DNA from: the human T2T-CHM13v2.0 reference genome, Homo sapiens
Assembly: GCF_009914755.1 (NCBI RefSeq)
Contig: NC_060932.1
Direction: 5' to 3' (one strand)
DNA: 64,000 bases
Numbering within the stretch: position 1 is the stretch's first letter; the number at the start of each line of letters is the position of its first letter. Of the stretch, positions 46,277 to 61,277 are shown in pieces. Made by a program: the position numbers and the translations under genes. A model generated the notes under the pieces. It saw nothing but the letters and a program-made list of their open reading frames with translations, was not told where the DNA came from and made no database searches.

Positions 46277-48465
46277 CTGGAGCTAATAGTCAAGCATAAC
46301 AAGGTTAGAGGATACAAAACCAATATGCAAAAGTTAATTTTTTCTTACATACTAGCAATGAACAATTGGAATTTGAAATTTTAAAAAATCTACAATAGTA
46401 CCAAGAAATACTTAGATATAAATCAAACATATATGTATAGTTCCGGTATATAGAAAACTACAAGACATTGATGAAAGAAGTAGACTATCTAAATAAACGG
46501 AGAGATTTTCTATGTTCTATGCAAGATCTATATTGTTAAGATGTCATTTTTTCCCAACTTGAAATATATACTCAATTGAATTCCAAAGTTCCAGGACAGT
46601 AATTTTTAAATATTATCAAGCTTGTTGTAAAATGCATATGAAAAGTCAAGAGACCTAGAATGCCATATACAATATAGAAGGAGAAAAAAAACCAGAGGAA
46701 AACTCAGACTAAATGATTTCAAGACTTATTTCTCTACACATCAGTGTAAGAGAATAGGTAACCTAGAGATAGACCCACCCAAATACAGTAAACTGGATTT
46801 TGATAATGACAACTCAGCTGAGAATAGGTAATATTTTCAATAAATGATGCTGCAGCAATGGAAATCCATATGCCAAAGGGGAAAAAAGGACCTAAATGCA
46901 GACAATACACATTACATTAAAATTAACTCGAAATGAATTATTAACCCAAAGAAAATTGCAAAACTATACATCTTTTGGAAGAAAACACAGAAGAAAATAC
47001 ACAATCTTGGGTTGGATGATGAGTTTATAGTTATAACACCCATATCACAATCCATGAAAATAATTGGGAGGTTGAACTTCATTAAATTAAAAAGTATTTG
47101 CACTGGGAATGGCATTGTAAAGAAAATAAAAAATACAGTGAGGACTCAAAATACTTGCAAAGTACATATTTTATAAAGTACGAGTATCTAAATAGAGGGA
47201 AAAAAACCCTTAGAAAACAAATAACCCGATTAAAAAATGGTGAAAAAATTTGAATTAGGCATCTCATCAAAAAATTTATACAGGTATCAAAAAAGCATGT
47301 AAAAAGATGCTCAACATCATGCCATTAGAGAATTGCAAATTGAAATCCTATTAATGTATATCTATTAGAATAGCTAAAATCCTAAATAACGGACATAACA
47401 ATCGCTGGCAATTATATAGAAAAAAGAAAAAGACTGTCATTGCTTATGGGAAAGTAACATTCTGCAGTCACTTTGTAAGACAGTTAGGCAGGTTTTTTTT
47501 TTCAAAGCAAAATGGTCTTATTATATGACTCTGAAATCACACTCCATAGGCATTTACCCAACTGATTTGAAGATTTATGTCCACAGAGAATACTGAATAT
47601 AAGTGTTTATAGCAGCTTTATTCATAGTTACCAAATACTGGAAGTAATCCTTTAATAGGTAAGTGGATAAATAGACTGGATGTATTCATATAATGGAATG
47701 CAATTCAGGGAAAAAGGGGAATTAACTATCAAGTCATGTAAAAGCCTTGACAAATCTTAAATAAATAAGACATTAAAAGGCCACTCTGAAAGGACTACAC
47801 AATATATCATTCCATTTTTATGACATCCTAGAATAGGCAAAGTTATAGGGGCAATTTTTCCTAGGAGTTTGTGGAGGAAGTGTTGAATAGAAGAACTTAC
47901 AGCATTGTTTAGAGTTATGAAACTATTTTGTGTTTTATTTTGATACTTTAATGGTGGATTCATGGAACTCTACATTTATCAAAGCACATAGAAGATTACA
48001 GCACAAAAGGTAAACCTCAACATATGAAAAAACATCATTAGGATATTGGAGTATTCCAACGTAGAATGAAAAATGTGACAAAAGAATAAAACTGTATTAC
48101 CCATTTATGATATATCCTCACTGAATGGAGTGAAGAAAAATGTCTTGAGTCATTAAGTAACTGAAAATGAGTGGAGACTGACTAAAGTCAAAAGGAACTG
48201 TACATAAGCACTGTGTTTTAGCTGATAAAGTTATTTTCCATGAGGGTAGAGACTAAAAAATCTGAAAACACTATATATATATACTCTCAAATTGAAGAAA
48301 TAAGTAAACGGATGGTAGATAGTCAAAGCCAGGATTTTTACTGTAGTAGTGAGAATTTACAGACATGCAAGGAGAACAGGCTAGAATGATCCATGTGGTA
48401 ATGGATTAGAGTTGGATATATCAGTAGGAAAACTCATTTAGATTAACAGAGACACAGGTAGTTAC

Positions 48466-48828
48466 AGTCAGTGATTTCAGGCTGCTATAACAAAATGTCA
48501 TACACCAAGTAGCTTATAAACAACAGAAATTTATTTCTCACAGTTCTGGAGGAGAGGAAGTCCAAGATCAAGGCAACAGTGGATTTTGTGTCTGGTGAGG
48601 CTCACTTCCTGGTTCATGGAAGATGTCTTCTTGCTGCATTCTCACCTGGCAGAAGGGACAAGACAGGCCTCTGGGACCTTTTTAATAAGGACACTAATGC
48701 CATGCATGAGGCCTCTGCCATTATGATCTAATCACCTCACAGAGGTCCCCACCTTCTAATATCAGCACATTGATGATTAGGTTAAAACATATGAATTTTT
48801 AGGGAGCATGAATATTCAGACTATAGCA
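48466..48828 (-). mobile_element. MLT1A0-like MaLR LTR nested in L1MC
   Basis: GGCTGCTATAACAAAAT..TTTATTTCTCACAGTTCTGGAGG..ATTCAGACTATAGCA; flanks GTTAC/GTTAA. Confidence 0.85.
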
Positions 48829-49584
48829 GTTAAATATAGAAATACTTATAGATATGTGTATATATGTGCGTTAGTATAAATATATTTTTCTTTTACTCTG
48901 TCATCTTGAAACACTAGGAAAAAATTCCAATAACAATGAACACATATTAGCACCCAGATTTTAGTTTCTCATAACATTCTTCAATATAAAGATCCAGAGA
49001 TAATTACAGGAATGACTGATTCTAGGGTTGGGACAGGAGATATACATGATGAGACAAGTGACAGAACTCCCAATGACCACAGTTACAATCATTTGAACAA
49101 AACAAAGTGATATTAGATTATAACCCAAAGTGTAAAATAAATTTCCTTGATTCCATAAGCAAATGAAAATAATAAATAAGGGAGAATAGAGAGATCTCCT
49201 GTGCAGACATATTCCAAATAATTTATGTAGATACTCCACCCTTAATGAGATGTAATATAATTCCTCTCTCCTAAAACATGAACTAGGTATAGTGACTTCC
49301 TTCCAAATAGTATAAAATGGGGAATAGCGGGCATATCTACACAGAATGGAAACATAATAAACATCACTTCAGTAAGGTGAGCAAGGTTAATTATCAACAG
49401 AGTTAGATCATGTTGATAGTATGCACATAATATATATGATGTGATGTGAATAACACTTTACTTCTGGGTTCTTCCACCAAACCTGTGACCCCAGTGTAAT
49501 CATGAGAAATATAGCAGATAAATTCCAGCTGAAGGGCATTCTACAAGCTACCTGACCAGTATTCTCCTAAACCCAAGGTATTCA

Positions 49585-49885
<301 letters not shown>

Positions 49886-49920
49886 TCATGGATGAGATTA
49901 CACTGGGATCACACAGCTCT

Positions 49921-49943
49921 GTGTGTGTGTGTGTGTGTGTGTG

Positions 49944-49980
<37 letters not shown>
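49921..49980. repeat. Compound (GT)n(ATCT)n STR
   Basis: Seen directly. Confidence 0.95.
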
Positions 49981-49981
<1 letters not shown>

Positions 49982-50968
49982 ATATTGCCTTTCTAAAATC
50001 CAAAATATTTGGAATTCCAGAACTGATTTTTCTCCAAGGGTGTTCATCCAGTAATTGTGGAACTTTAGAATCTATTCCATAGGGTCTTGTGAGAATTAAA
50101 TGAGATAATTCACATGACAGGCTTACCCTCACTACATGGCATATACTATATGTCATCTATAACAGTAATATTATAATTGTTATTATCAGTTACATGTCCT
50201 AACATTCCATGAATCAAACAAATTCTCTTCTCTGTATCCTGAAATCCTAGGTGGTCTCAGCTATTTGGAGAAGTTGGAGGAGTTCTAGTACCCAAAACCT
50301 AGAAACATACTTTTCTAGTGAGGATTCATACCCCTAATTATATACACTTTCATTATGTGGTCATTAGAGAGACATTGGCTTGTATCCACGCATTTAAGAT
50401 CTTATGTTATGGATTGTATCTGTGCAATAATGTGATTAACTGTTTGAACTGCGTTGAACAGAAAGATGTCCCAAATCTGTGGCTTATTTTTTTTTAATTT
50501 TTAAATTTTGTAATTTTAAAATGTTTTTTTCTGGGTACATATCAGGTGTATATTTATGGAGTATATGGGATATTTTGATGGAGACATACGATCTTTTAGT
50601 TATTTTTAAATGTATAATTAAATTATTATTGACTATAGTTGTGCTACCAATTACTAGATCTTATTTATTCTTTCTATTTTTTGTACCCATTAACCATTCC
50701 CACCTCCACCCCGCTATTCTCTTCCAACTACCCCTCCCAGTCTCTGATGACTATCATTCTACTCTCTATCTCTATGAGTTCAATTGTTATAATTTTTAGT
50801 TCCTACGAATAAGCGAGAACATGCGATGCTTGGCTTTCTTTGCCTGGATTTTTTCACTTAGCATAATGACCTCCAGTTCCATTCATGTTGTTGCAAATGA
50901 CAGAATCTCATTATTTTTAATAGCTGAATAGTAGTACTCCATTGTGTATATGTACAACATTGTCTTTA

Positions 50969-51368
<400 letters not shown>

Positions 51369-54300
51369 ACACTGTCTTTATCTATTCATCTGTTGATGGA
51401 CACAGGATGTTTCCAAATATTGGCTATTGTTAATAGTGCTGCAATAAACGTGGGAGTGCAAATATCTCATAAATATACTTATTTCTTTCTTTTGAGTGTA
51501 TCCCTAGCAGTTGGATTACTGGATTATATGGTAGCTCTAGTTTTAGTTTTTGGAGAAATCTCTAAACTGTTCTCCATAGTGATTGTACTAATTTACATTC
51601 CCACCAACAGCATATAAGGACTCCCTTTTGTCCACATCCTCGCCAGCATTTGTTATTGCCTGTCTTTTGGCAATAATTAACTGGGGTAGATGATATCTCA
51701 TTGTAGGTTTGATTTTCATTTTTTTGATGATCAATGATGTGGAACACCTTTTCATATGCCTGTTTGCCATTTGTATGTCTTCTTTTGAGAGATGTCTATT
51801 CAGATCTTTTGCCCATTTTAAAATTGGTTTATTAGATTTTTTCCCTATAGAATTGCTTTAGCTCCTTATGTATTCTGGTTATTAATCCCTCGTCAGATGG
51901 ATTGTTTGCAAATAATTTCTGCCATTCCGCGGGTTGCCTCTTTACTTTGTTGATTGTATCCTTTGCTGTGCATAAGCATTTTAACTTGTCGTGATACTAT
52001 TTGTCCATTTTTGTTTTGGTTGCCTGAGTTTATGGGGTATTACTCAAGAATTTTTTGCTCAGTTCAATGTCCTGGAGAGTTTCTCCCATGTTTTCTTGTA
52101 GTAGTTTCATAGTTTTAGGTCTTAGATTTAAGTCTTCAATCCATTTTCATTTGATTTTTATATATGGTGAGAGATGGCAGTCTAGTTTCATTCTTCTGCA
52201 TATGGATATCCAGTTTTCCCAGGACCGTTTATTAAAAAGACTGTTCTTTCTGCAATGGATGTTTTTGGCACTGTTGTCAAAGATGAGTTCACTGTACATG
52301 TATGGACTTGCTTCTGGGTTCTCTGTTCTGTTCCATTGGTCTATGTGTCTGTTTTTATGCTAGTATCATGCTGTATTGATTACCATAGCTCTGCAGTATA
52401 ACTTGAAGTCAGATAATCTGGGTCCTCCAATTTTGTCCTTTTTGCTCAGTATAGCTTTGTCTATTTTGTGTGGCTTAATTTCTACCTCATAAATTGTGGT
52501 TTCTTCAAGATTTTAATGGGCTTTGAAGCATGATTATTCTCAATCTGTGAAGAATCAGTCATGTTATTGTCATGAGGGCTTTACAGCTCTTGTTTTTAAT
52601 GATATAATTGTGCACTAAGAACTTTTCTTTCCTAAAAGAGTTACAAGAGAACAGAAAGTGGCATGAATCCATCTCTATATCATCACCTTGTTCTGGCGGC
52701 GATCCAGGGGGCACCACATTTATTTTCATTTAGAGATAACCAAACACAATGAGGACATACACACTGTTGTCCTTTTTTGGGGGGGACCTGACTCAGATGC
52801 TTCCTTTTTTTCCTGTTTGTAAGCCATGGTGTTCAGGAGAACTTGATACTGACCCAACACTCACAGTTATGGTTCATTGCCAAGAGTGGCCTGACTAGGG
52901 GACATATTTTCCACATGTTTTTGACTGAACCTGACAGTCCTGGTGCATGTGATTCTTCCTGCTCTGAAAACAAAATTCCTTTATTATGACTCTCTTTTCT
53001 TTCTTCCCTTGTGTCGATTGCCTTTCCACTATTTTCACTGGTCTTACTATCTTTTCCCTGTTGTTAAGTCACATTTTGACTTTAGAAGTTTCTCCATTTG
53101 GGAGAGAGCCATTGCTGTGTGATGGAAGCAAACACTCCAAAGCCAGCTTAGATCATTATTTGTTTTTAGAGAGGAAGTCTTCAAAGGCATGAATGTTGCT
53201 GTCGACTTTGTTCCTTAAGACTGCTAAATTAGAGATCTACTTTGCCATTTTTAAACCTGTATTCTTCATATCATTTCAAATGAACCGTTCCGGTTGTATT
53301 GGCCATGTGTGTCTATTATAAGCTTCAGCTTGTATTGGCTGTGTGTGTGCGTATTATTGCAAATATAGAAGTCATGTGTCTTGCAGACAAATACCATGGC
53401 CATGTCTGAAATGAGTTTGACTGTGTGTAACTGCAATGGTTTCAGCCAGTTGTATGTGGAAACAGAGGAAGAGGCAACTACATGATTTAGTCTCAGTTCA
53501 ATACCCTTAGCTCTCCCATGTGACTTCATGTCTTTTAAGTCCCGCTCCATTTGACAGTTGGGAGCATGAAATTCTGCTCAATAGAACTTTAACACAAAGC
53601 TTTGGCCTCTGTTACAACGTATTTATGTTGTGTGTGAATGTGGGATCTCAAAGTAAGTTTTAAAGAGTAGGAGAAAGAAGAACTAGGAAGGCACGTGGGC
53701 CTGAGGTGGGTAATGGTGGCATTACTAGGAGGAAAGGATGAGATGATGAAAGGAAATCTGGGGACTATAAATGCATTACTGCTTATTTTATAGCACTGCA
53801 TGGATCTTCACCTCTCCTGAAATCATCTTGTCATCTGGCAAAATTTCTCCCTTCACACTTCCAGTTTAAAAAAGAAAAGAAAAGTAAAAAATAAAGTTGC
53901 TATAAGCCATCTCTAAAATCCATTTCTAAAAGTGCAGGTTATTTATTTTAAAGAAAGAAGATGGGAGTTACATTTATAAGTGGATAGGAAGTCTTAAATG
54001 TATCAGAACTGTACTGATAATTAAACTTGAGTGTAGCTTTCAGTGTGTGACTTGTAATCATCGTTACTTTTGGTACATCTGGAGCTACTTCAGTGATTTG
54101 GTATAACTATTCACTATTTTCTTTCTGCTCCCCTTTGAGTAAAAAGAGGATTCTTCCCCCTCAGACCTTAGCTTCCTCTACAAACAAGACTACATATGAA
54201 AGAGGATTTCACTAACAGAAAGAGCTGTTGTCACTGCTACAATTGCATAAATAGAGAAAACATATTAGTTTATGCAGATAATTCATATCAAAGTGCACTT

Positions 54301-55374
54301 TAAGCTCAGGAATTATTAGAATCAATGCTATTGCTCTTTTAATTTTCCAGATAAATCCTGATACCTATTATACTACATTAATTATCTTTATTCAACTTTA
54401 GCATTTCCTGTCAAAAGATTTTAGTTCTGAATTTTAAAAAACAACTTATACCAAACCTTACAATAAACTAAATTTGGTGATTTGAAAACAATGAAATGTT
54501 GCTGTGACGGACAGATTGCTTTATAGGAAGAGAAAATTTGGCCAATGCAAGAGAGAGGTTCTGTGAGCATTTGTTTGGAAGCTAAGCATCTGTTTAGTTG
54601 GTTTATGTTTCTTCTTTTTAGATCTACCAAAAAGTGACCCGTCTTTTTAAATGAAGGTTCCAAGGGAACTCTTAAAAGATCCACATTTCTGCCCATTTGT
54701 CCTACAAACAGAATTATTTTAAAAAGCAGAATATCTTATAACATAATTACTAAAAATCTGTATACTGATATTTCAAAAATTTTATTGGTTTTAAGACAGG
54801 ATTCAAAATGGACTTCCAAAAGCAATTTTCGGTTCCAATTATTCTGAAAAGTAGGGATGCCAATATTACCCCCTTTGCTGCCACCTGTTGTTTCATCAAA
54901 GAAATGACTCACTTGTAATATTTTTTTCCTTTAACATAAATTACTCATCAAAATTGTTATTTCCAGTATTAAAATCAGATTATCTTCAGGATATATATAT
55001 TTTTTTTTACAGAGAATCTTTTTGTCTCTAACAGTTGGAGAGACACGTTTTCAAGTAGTCACACATGATATCCAGAGATTTAGATTCTGCCTTTGGCATA
55101 TGCAGTAGGCATTTGAAAAGGTTGAAAAGACAAAAACAAAGAAAGCCAATGATTCCTAAACAAGCACATGATAACCCGAAAGGGCTTTGTAAACTAAGCT
55201 TCATAATGTAAAAGCACTGAGCTTAATAACAACACTCTTAGCCCTGGAAGTAAAATTAAAAATAAAAACTCCCCATACCCGCACTCCTATACCCTCCAAT
55301 TATTGTATATCAGGTATTAAAACTGATAAAAAAAAAATGGAAATATAGAGATGAATATAACATGGTCCTTTTAA

Positions 55375-55518
55375 AATTATTTATTTATTTATTTGTTTTT
55401 TGAAACATGGTCTTGCTATGTTGTCCAGGGTGGTCTCAAAATCCTGGACTCAAGTGATCCTCCTGCCATGGCCTCCCAAAGTGTTGGGATTACAGGCTTG
55501 AGCCACCACACCTCGGCC
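55375..55518 (-). mobile_element. FLAM_C/AluJ left monomer
   Basis: Single arm with (TTTA)n tail. Confidence 0.85.
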
Positions 55519-56424
55519 TGGTCCCTGTCTTTGAGCAATTCAGAATTTAAAAGAAAAGACAAATTATGTTGAGAGAAGAAAGTCCCTTGTTCATGTTGAA
55601 ACTGGATGTACTGGTGATTAATTAGGAAATCAAGATAGGAGACTGATAGTAATTCTGCTATCATAAAAACATCAGTAAAAAGGACAATATTGGTGATAGA
55701 AATGGAGAAGAGACTATAAATGAGACAATTAAAAGGCTGAGATTTGGTGACTAAAAGAGTTGAGAGAAAAGAGATTATTCCAAGTTCAGAGTGAGGGAGA
55801 CTGGAAAGAATTGTTGGTTAGCAGGAAAAAATTGTTCTTTAGCTGTATTTCATTTACCAGAAGACCTGTACAACTACTGCAGCTATCTAAAATATAACCC
55901 ATTCCCTCATCACCCAAAATAGATAAACCACAATAATAAACAAATAGGAATTATATGGCAAACAGTTGAGTAGCTCCAAAACAAACATATCTTACATTAA
56001 GCTCTTATGTTCTATCCATGTTAGATTATTTTTGTGTCTTGCCAAGACATTATTTATTTTTATTTTAGAAACAATTTTAACTTTAATCCATAGTAGATTA
56101 GGATGAACGAGAATGTCAGCAAACAATTTCTGGAGGCAAACGGGCAGGTAGCTGTAAGAGTAACGGCTGACAATCTAACTTTCTAAGTATTTTAAACTTA
56201 ATTTGTTTGTTTGTTTTTTTATTTTGGTTTTTTAAATTTCACCTGACCCTATTTCATTCACCTTGGCCTTAGACTAATGTTTCAAACCAGGAAATCTCAG
56301 TTTCCGAACGTTCTGACACGAGGTGGCCCATGATCTCGTGGGAAGGGTGCTGGGTCCACTCTGCTTCTGGTGCCGGATACTGGTGCACTGAATGACAGCC
56401 AACTACACATTAACTACAGCAGCA

Positions 56425-56655
56425 ATGAAAATAATGTAAATGCTCGTGTGGCACTAAGTTGGTGACAAACACTGTTCTAAGTGCATTATGTACTTATTTA
56501 ACCTTCCCCATCACTCTGTGAGGTGAATGCTCTCAGTACACTGGCTTTACAGATAAGGGATGGGACATGGAGACCACACAGGTAAGAGGTGGATCTAAGA
56601 TGCAAATCCAGCAGGTCTGGGGCCAGAGTCTGTGTTCTTGCACACATACACTACA
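56425..56655 (-). mobile_element. MIR
   Basis: ACACTGTTCTAAGTGC..TTTACAGATAAGG motifs. Confidence 0.65.
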
Positions 56656-57062
56656 GTTTCTCAGTGATGAACACCAGGGAAGAGTCTTTCCGAAGTAAAT
56701 CAGGTTAGTAATTTCTAAGCAATTCAGTTTGCAAGGTATAGACAAATATTTAAAGCTAAAGTCATTAGGTCAAAGCTGGTATTTTCTTTCAAACCACAGT
56801 TTCATTTTATGGTAGAAATGGTGTATACCATGATTTACTTTCTCACAGCCGATATTACAGGTAGGTACAGTAATTTAGTGAATTAACCTGTTTCTTAGTA
56901 AATGGATTATATATTCATAAAATGTTACTATGTGTTATTCTCATCAAGTTACTGTCTCATTATTATCAGAGTTAATGAGGCACTTTATCAAGTACCCTCT
57001 ACCCCACCATTTCTGATTAACCTCTGTTACATGGCTCAAGATGGATTTGTCAAATACATTTT

Positions 57063-57191
57063 TATTACTATTTTCTTAACTTTTATTTTAGGTTCAGAGG
57101 TACAAGGGCAGGTTTGATACATAGGCAAACTTTTGTCATGGGAGTTTGTCGTACAGATTATTTCATCACCCATGTATTAAGCCTAGTACTC
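57063..57191 (-). mobile_element. Tiny older L1PA (about PA13-16) 3' fragment
   Basis: TTTTATTTTAGGTTCAGAGGTACA..TACAGATTATTTCATCACCC; TSD ATACATTTT at 57054 and 57192. Confidence 0.8.
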
Positions 57192-57796
57192 ATACATTTT
57201 AAGTTACTCTTAATGAAAGGTGATTTGGAAAGTGTCATCTAGCCTTCTTTTGTAATTTTATTTCTGGAGATTGTAAAAATTTTCTCTTTCTCTTTGCATG
57301 TCTGGAATGTTAACATGCAATGTCAAGGGGTGTGTGTGTATGTGTGTGTGTGTTTGTGTCCATTAATACGGCCCAGGGCACATTGTCTCTTTTGATCTGA
57401 AGACTCAACAAATTACGGTAGCTTCCTCCTCTTTTTTTATTTTAACTTTTGTCTAATGATTCATTTCCTATCTGTAGTCTGGCAGCTCTTTCGAGGACAC
57501 CTATTATATTCTCCTTAGATCTTCCAGATCTGTTCACCTGCCTCATGTTCTTTTACCTATAAATTACAGCTCTGTAGAACTTCACTTTTTGTTGCAACTT
57601 TTTTCTCTTAATCTTTGAAAACCCTAAATGGCTTATTAACATACATCATTCTCTCTTTCCTTTCATTTTAAAAATTTAATTTCTTAAATAGTAGAAATAT
57701 ATTTGTTAACTCTAGAAAGTCTTTTTGGAACTGTAATTGTCTCTTTGAAGAACCTCATGTTTTGCTTAAAGATTTTGTTCATCTCTTCTATCAGTT

Positions 57797-58101
57797 TTAT
57801 TTATTTATTATTATTATTGTTATTATTATTATTATTGAGACACTATTATTGAGACAGTATTATTATTATTGGCTCTGTCACCCAGGCTGGTATGATCTCA
57901 GCTCACTGCAAACTCTGCCTTCCAGGCTCAGGTGATCCTTCCACCTCAGCCTCCTGAGTAGCTGGGAATACAGGTGCAGGCCGCCACGCCCAGCCAATTT
58001 TTGTATTTTCAGTAGAGATGAAGTTTCACCATTTTGCCCAGGCTGATCTGTAACTCCTGGGCTCAAGTGATCCTCCCGCCTCAGCCTTGCAAAGTGCTGG
58101 G
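57797..58101 (-). mobile_element. AluJ with rearranged (TTA)n tail
   Basis: Both arms; GGCTCAAGTGATCCTCC; 5'-most ~20 bp missing. Confidence 0.88.
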
Positions 58102-58496
58102 TATTCGTTCTATTTCAATGGAAGCTATCTGTTTTTGCTTTTACAACTTGATTTTCTTTCCTTATATGAATCAATACCTTAAATAAGTTATATTTGGCTG
58201 TCGTTGATGATGATTTGTAGATATTATTCCTCTTAATGTTGTGAGTCATGCTTTTGACTTCTTTCCATGTAGGGAGAATGTAGTTGTTTCTTCCAGGAAC
58301 AGAAATGATTGCCCTCTGCTGGCACTAGGATTGAACTGCCTAAGCCTCTTGGGGTGTGCTTGCTGCAGTCTTTTCCCTCCCAACTGCTGGAGTGGGAACT
58401 CTTCCACTCAGCAGCATATAATCTGCCCCCACCACCCCAGTTTAGTGCTGTCTGTGGGTTTTGGGCTACTCAAAGACAGTAGGCAGCAAGTGGTCA

Positions 58497-58766
<270 letters not shown>

Positions 58767-59188
58767 TTATTGCATCTATTTGATTCTTCTCTCTTTTCTT
58801 CTTTATTAGTCTTGCTAGTGGTCTATCAATTTTGTTTATCTTTTCAAAAAACCATCTCCCGGATTCACTGATTTTTTTGAAGGGATTTGTGTCTCTATCT
58901 CCTTCAGTTCTGCTCTGATTTTAGTTATTTCTTGCTTTCTGCTAGCTTTTGAATGTGTTTGCTTTTGCTTCTCTAGTTCTTTTAATTGTGATGTTAGGGT
59001 GTCAATTTTAGGTTTTTCTTGCTTTATCTTGTGGGCATTTAGTGCTATAAATTTCCCTCTACACACTGCTTTGAATGTGTCCCAGAGATTCTGGTATGTT
59101 TTGTCTTTGTTCTCATTGGTTTCGAAGAACATCTTTATTTCTGCCTTCATTTCGTTATGTACCCAGTAGTCATTCAGGAGCAGGTTGT

Positions 59189-59944
59189 TCAGTTTCCATG
59201 TAGTTGAGCAGTTTTGAGTGAGTTTCTTAATCCTAGTTCTAGTTTGATTGCACTGTGGTCTGAGAGACAGTTTGTTATAATTTCTGTTCTTTTACATTTG
59301 CTGAGGAGTGCTTTACTTCCAACTATGTGGTCAATTTTGGAATAAGTGTGATGTGGTGCTGAGAAGAAGGTATATTCTGTTAATTTGGGGTGGAGAGTTC
59401 TGTAGATGTCTATTAGGTCCACTTGGTGCAGAGCTGAGTTCAATTCCTGGATATCCTTGTTAACTTTCTGTCTTGTTGATCTGTCTAATGTTGACCGTGG
59501 GGTGTTAAAGTCTCCCATTATTATTGTGTGGGAGTCTAAGTCTCTTTGTACGTCTCTAAGGACTTGCTTTATGAATCTGGGTGCTCCTGTATTGGGTGCA
59601 TATATGTTTAGGATAGTTAGCTCTTCTTGTTGAATGGATCCCTTTACCATTATGTAATGGCCTTCTTTGTCTCTTTTCATCTTTGTTGGTTTAAAGTCTG
59701 TTTTATCAGAGACTAGGATTGCAATCCCTGCTTTTTTTTCCTTTCCATTTGCTTGGTAGATCCTCCTCCATCCCTTTATTTTGAGCCTATGTGTGTCTCT
59801 GCACGTGAGATGGGTCTCCTGAATACAGCACACTGATGGATCTTGACTCTTTATCCAATTTGCCAGTCTGTGTCTGTTAATTGGAGCATTTAGCTCATTT
59901 ACATTTAAGGTTAATATTGTTATGTGTGAATTTGATCCTGTCAT
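59189..59944 (-). pseudogene. L1 ORF2 APE-type endonuclease domain as a stand-alone 251-aa ORF
   Basis: MTGSNSHITILTLNVN..IQETH..NIYAPN..MGDFNT..KIDH..SDHS; frameshift right after the domain. Confidence 0.85.
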
Positions 59945-59975
59945 TATGATGTTAGCTAGTTATTTTGCTGTTTAG

Positions 59976-61277
59976 TTGATGCAGTTTCTTCCTAGCGTTG
60001 ATGGTCTTTACAATTTGGCATGTTTTTTCAGTGGCTGGTACTGGTTGTTCCTTTCCATGATTAGTGCTTCCTTCAGGAGCTCTTCTAGGGCAGGCCTGGT
60101 AGTGACAAAATCTCTCAGCATTTGCTTGTCTGTAAAGGATTTTATTTCTCCTTCACTTATGAAGCTTAGTTTGGCTGGATATGAAATCATGAGTGAACTC
60201 CCATTCACAATTGCTTCAAAGAGAATAAAATACCTAGGAATCCAACTTACAAGGGATGTGAAGGACCTCTTCAAGGAGAACTGCAAACCACTGCTCAACG
60301 AAATAAAAGAGGACACAAACAAATGGAACATTCCATGCTCATGGATAGGAAGAATCAATATCGTCAAAATGGCCACACTGCCCAAGGTAATTTATAGATT
60401 CAATGCCATTCCCATAAAGCTACCAATGCCTTTCTTCACAGAATTGGAAAAAACTACTTTAAAGTATATATGGAGCCAAAAAAGGGCCTGCATTGCCAAG
60501 ACAATCCTAAGCCAAAAGAACAAAGCTGGAGGCATCAGGCTACCTGACTTCAAACTATACTGCAAGGCTATAGTAACCAAAACAGCATGGTACTGGTACC
60601 AAAACAGAGATATAGACCAATGGAACAGAACAGAGGCCTCAGAAATAATGCCACACATCTACAACAATCTGATCTTTGACAAACCTGACAAAAACAAGAA
60701 ATGGGGAAAGGATTCCCTATTTAATAAATGGTGCTGGGAAAACCGGCTATCCATGTGTAGAAAGCTGAAACTGGATCCCTTCCTTACACCTTATACAAAA
60801 ATTAATTCAAGATGGATTAAAGACTTAAACGTAAGACCTAAAACCATAAAAACCCTAGAAGAAAACCTAGGCAATACCATTCAGGACATAGGCATGGGCA
60901 AGGACTTCATGTCTAAAATACCAAAAGCAATGGCAATAAAAGCCAAAATTGACAAATGGGATCTAATTCAACTAAAGAGCTTCTGCACAGCAAAAGAAAC
61001 TACCATCAGAGTGAACAGGCAACCTACAGAATGGGAGAAAAATTTTGCAATCTACTTATCTGACAAAGGGCTAATATCCAGAATCTACAAAGAACACAAA
61101 CAAATTTACAAGAAAAACAAACAACCCCATCAAAAAGTGGGCAAAGGATATGAACAGACACTTCTCAAAAGAAGACATTTATGCAGCCAAAAAACACATG
61201 AAAAAATGCTCATCATCACTGGCCATCAGAGAAATGTAAATCAAAACCACAATGAGATACCATGTCACACCAGTTAG
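59976..61277 (+). pseudogene. Chimeric 433-aa ORF: antisense L1 ORF1 fused to the ORF2 post-RT region
   Basis: Switches to ORF2 sequence at [19 protein letters not shown] at the inversion junction. Confidence 0.75.

Noticed and set aside
52700-54890. CTCF-like cores (CCAGGGGGCAC at ~52705; CAACAGGTGGCAGC on the minus strand at ~54880)
   Set aside because: Both lack the 5' CC part of the motif; unsupported without ChIP data.
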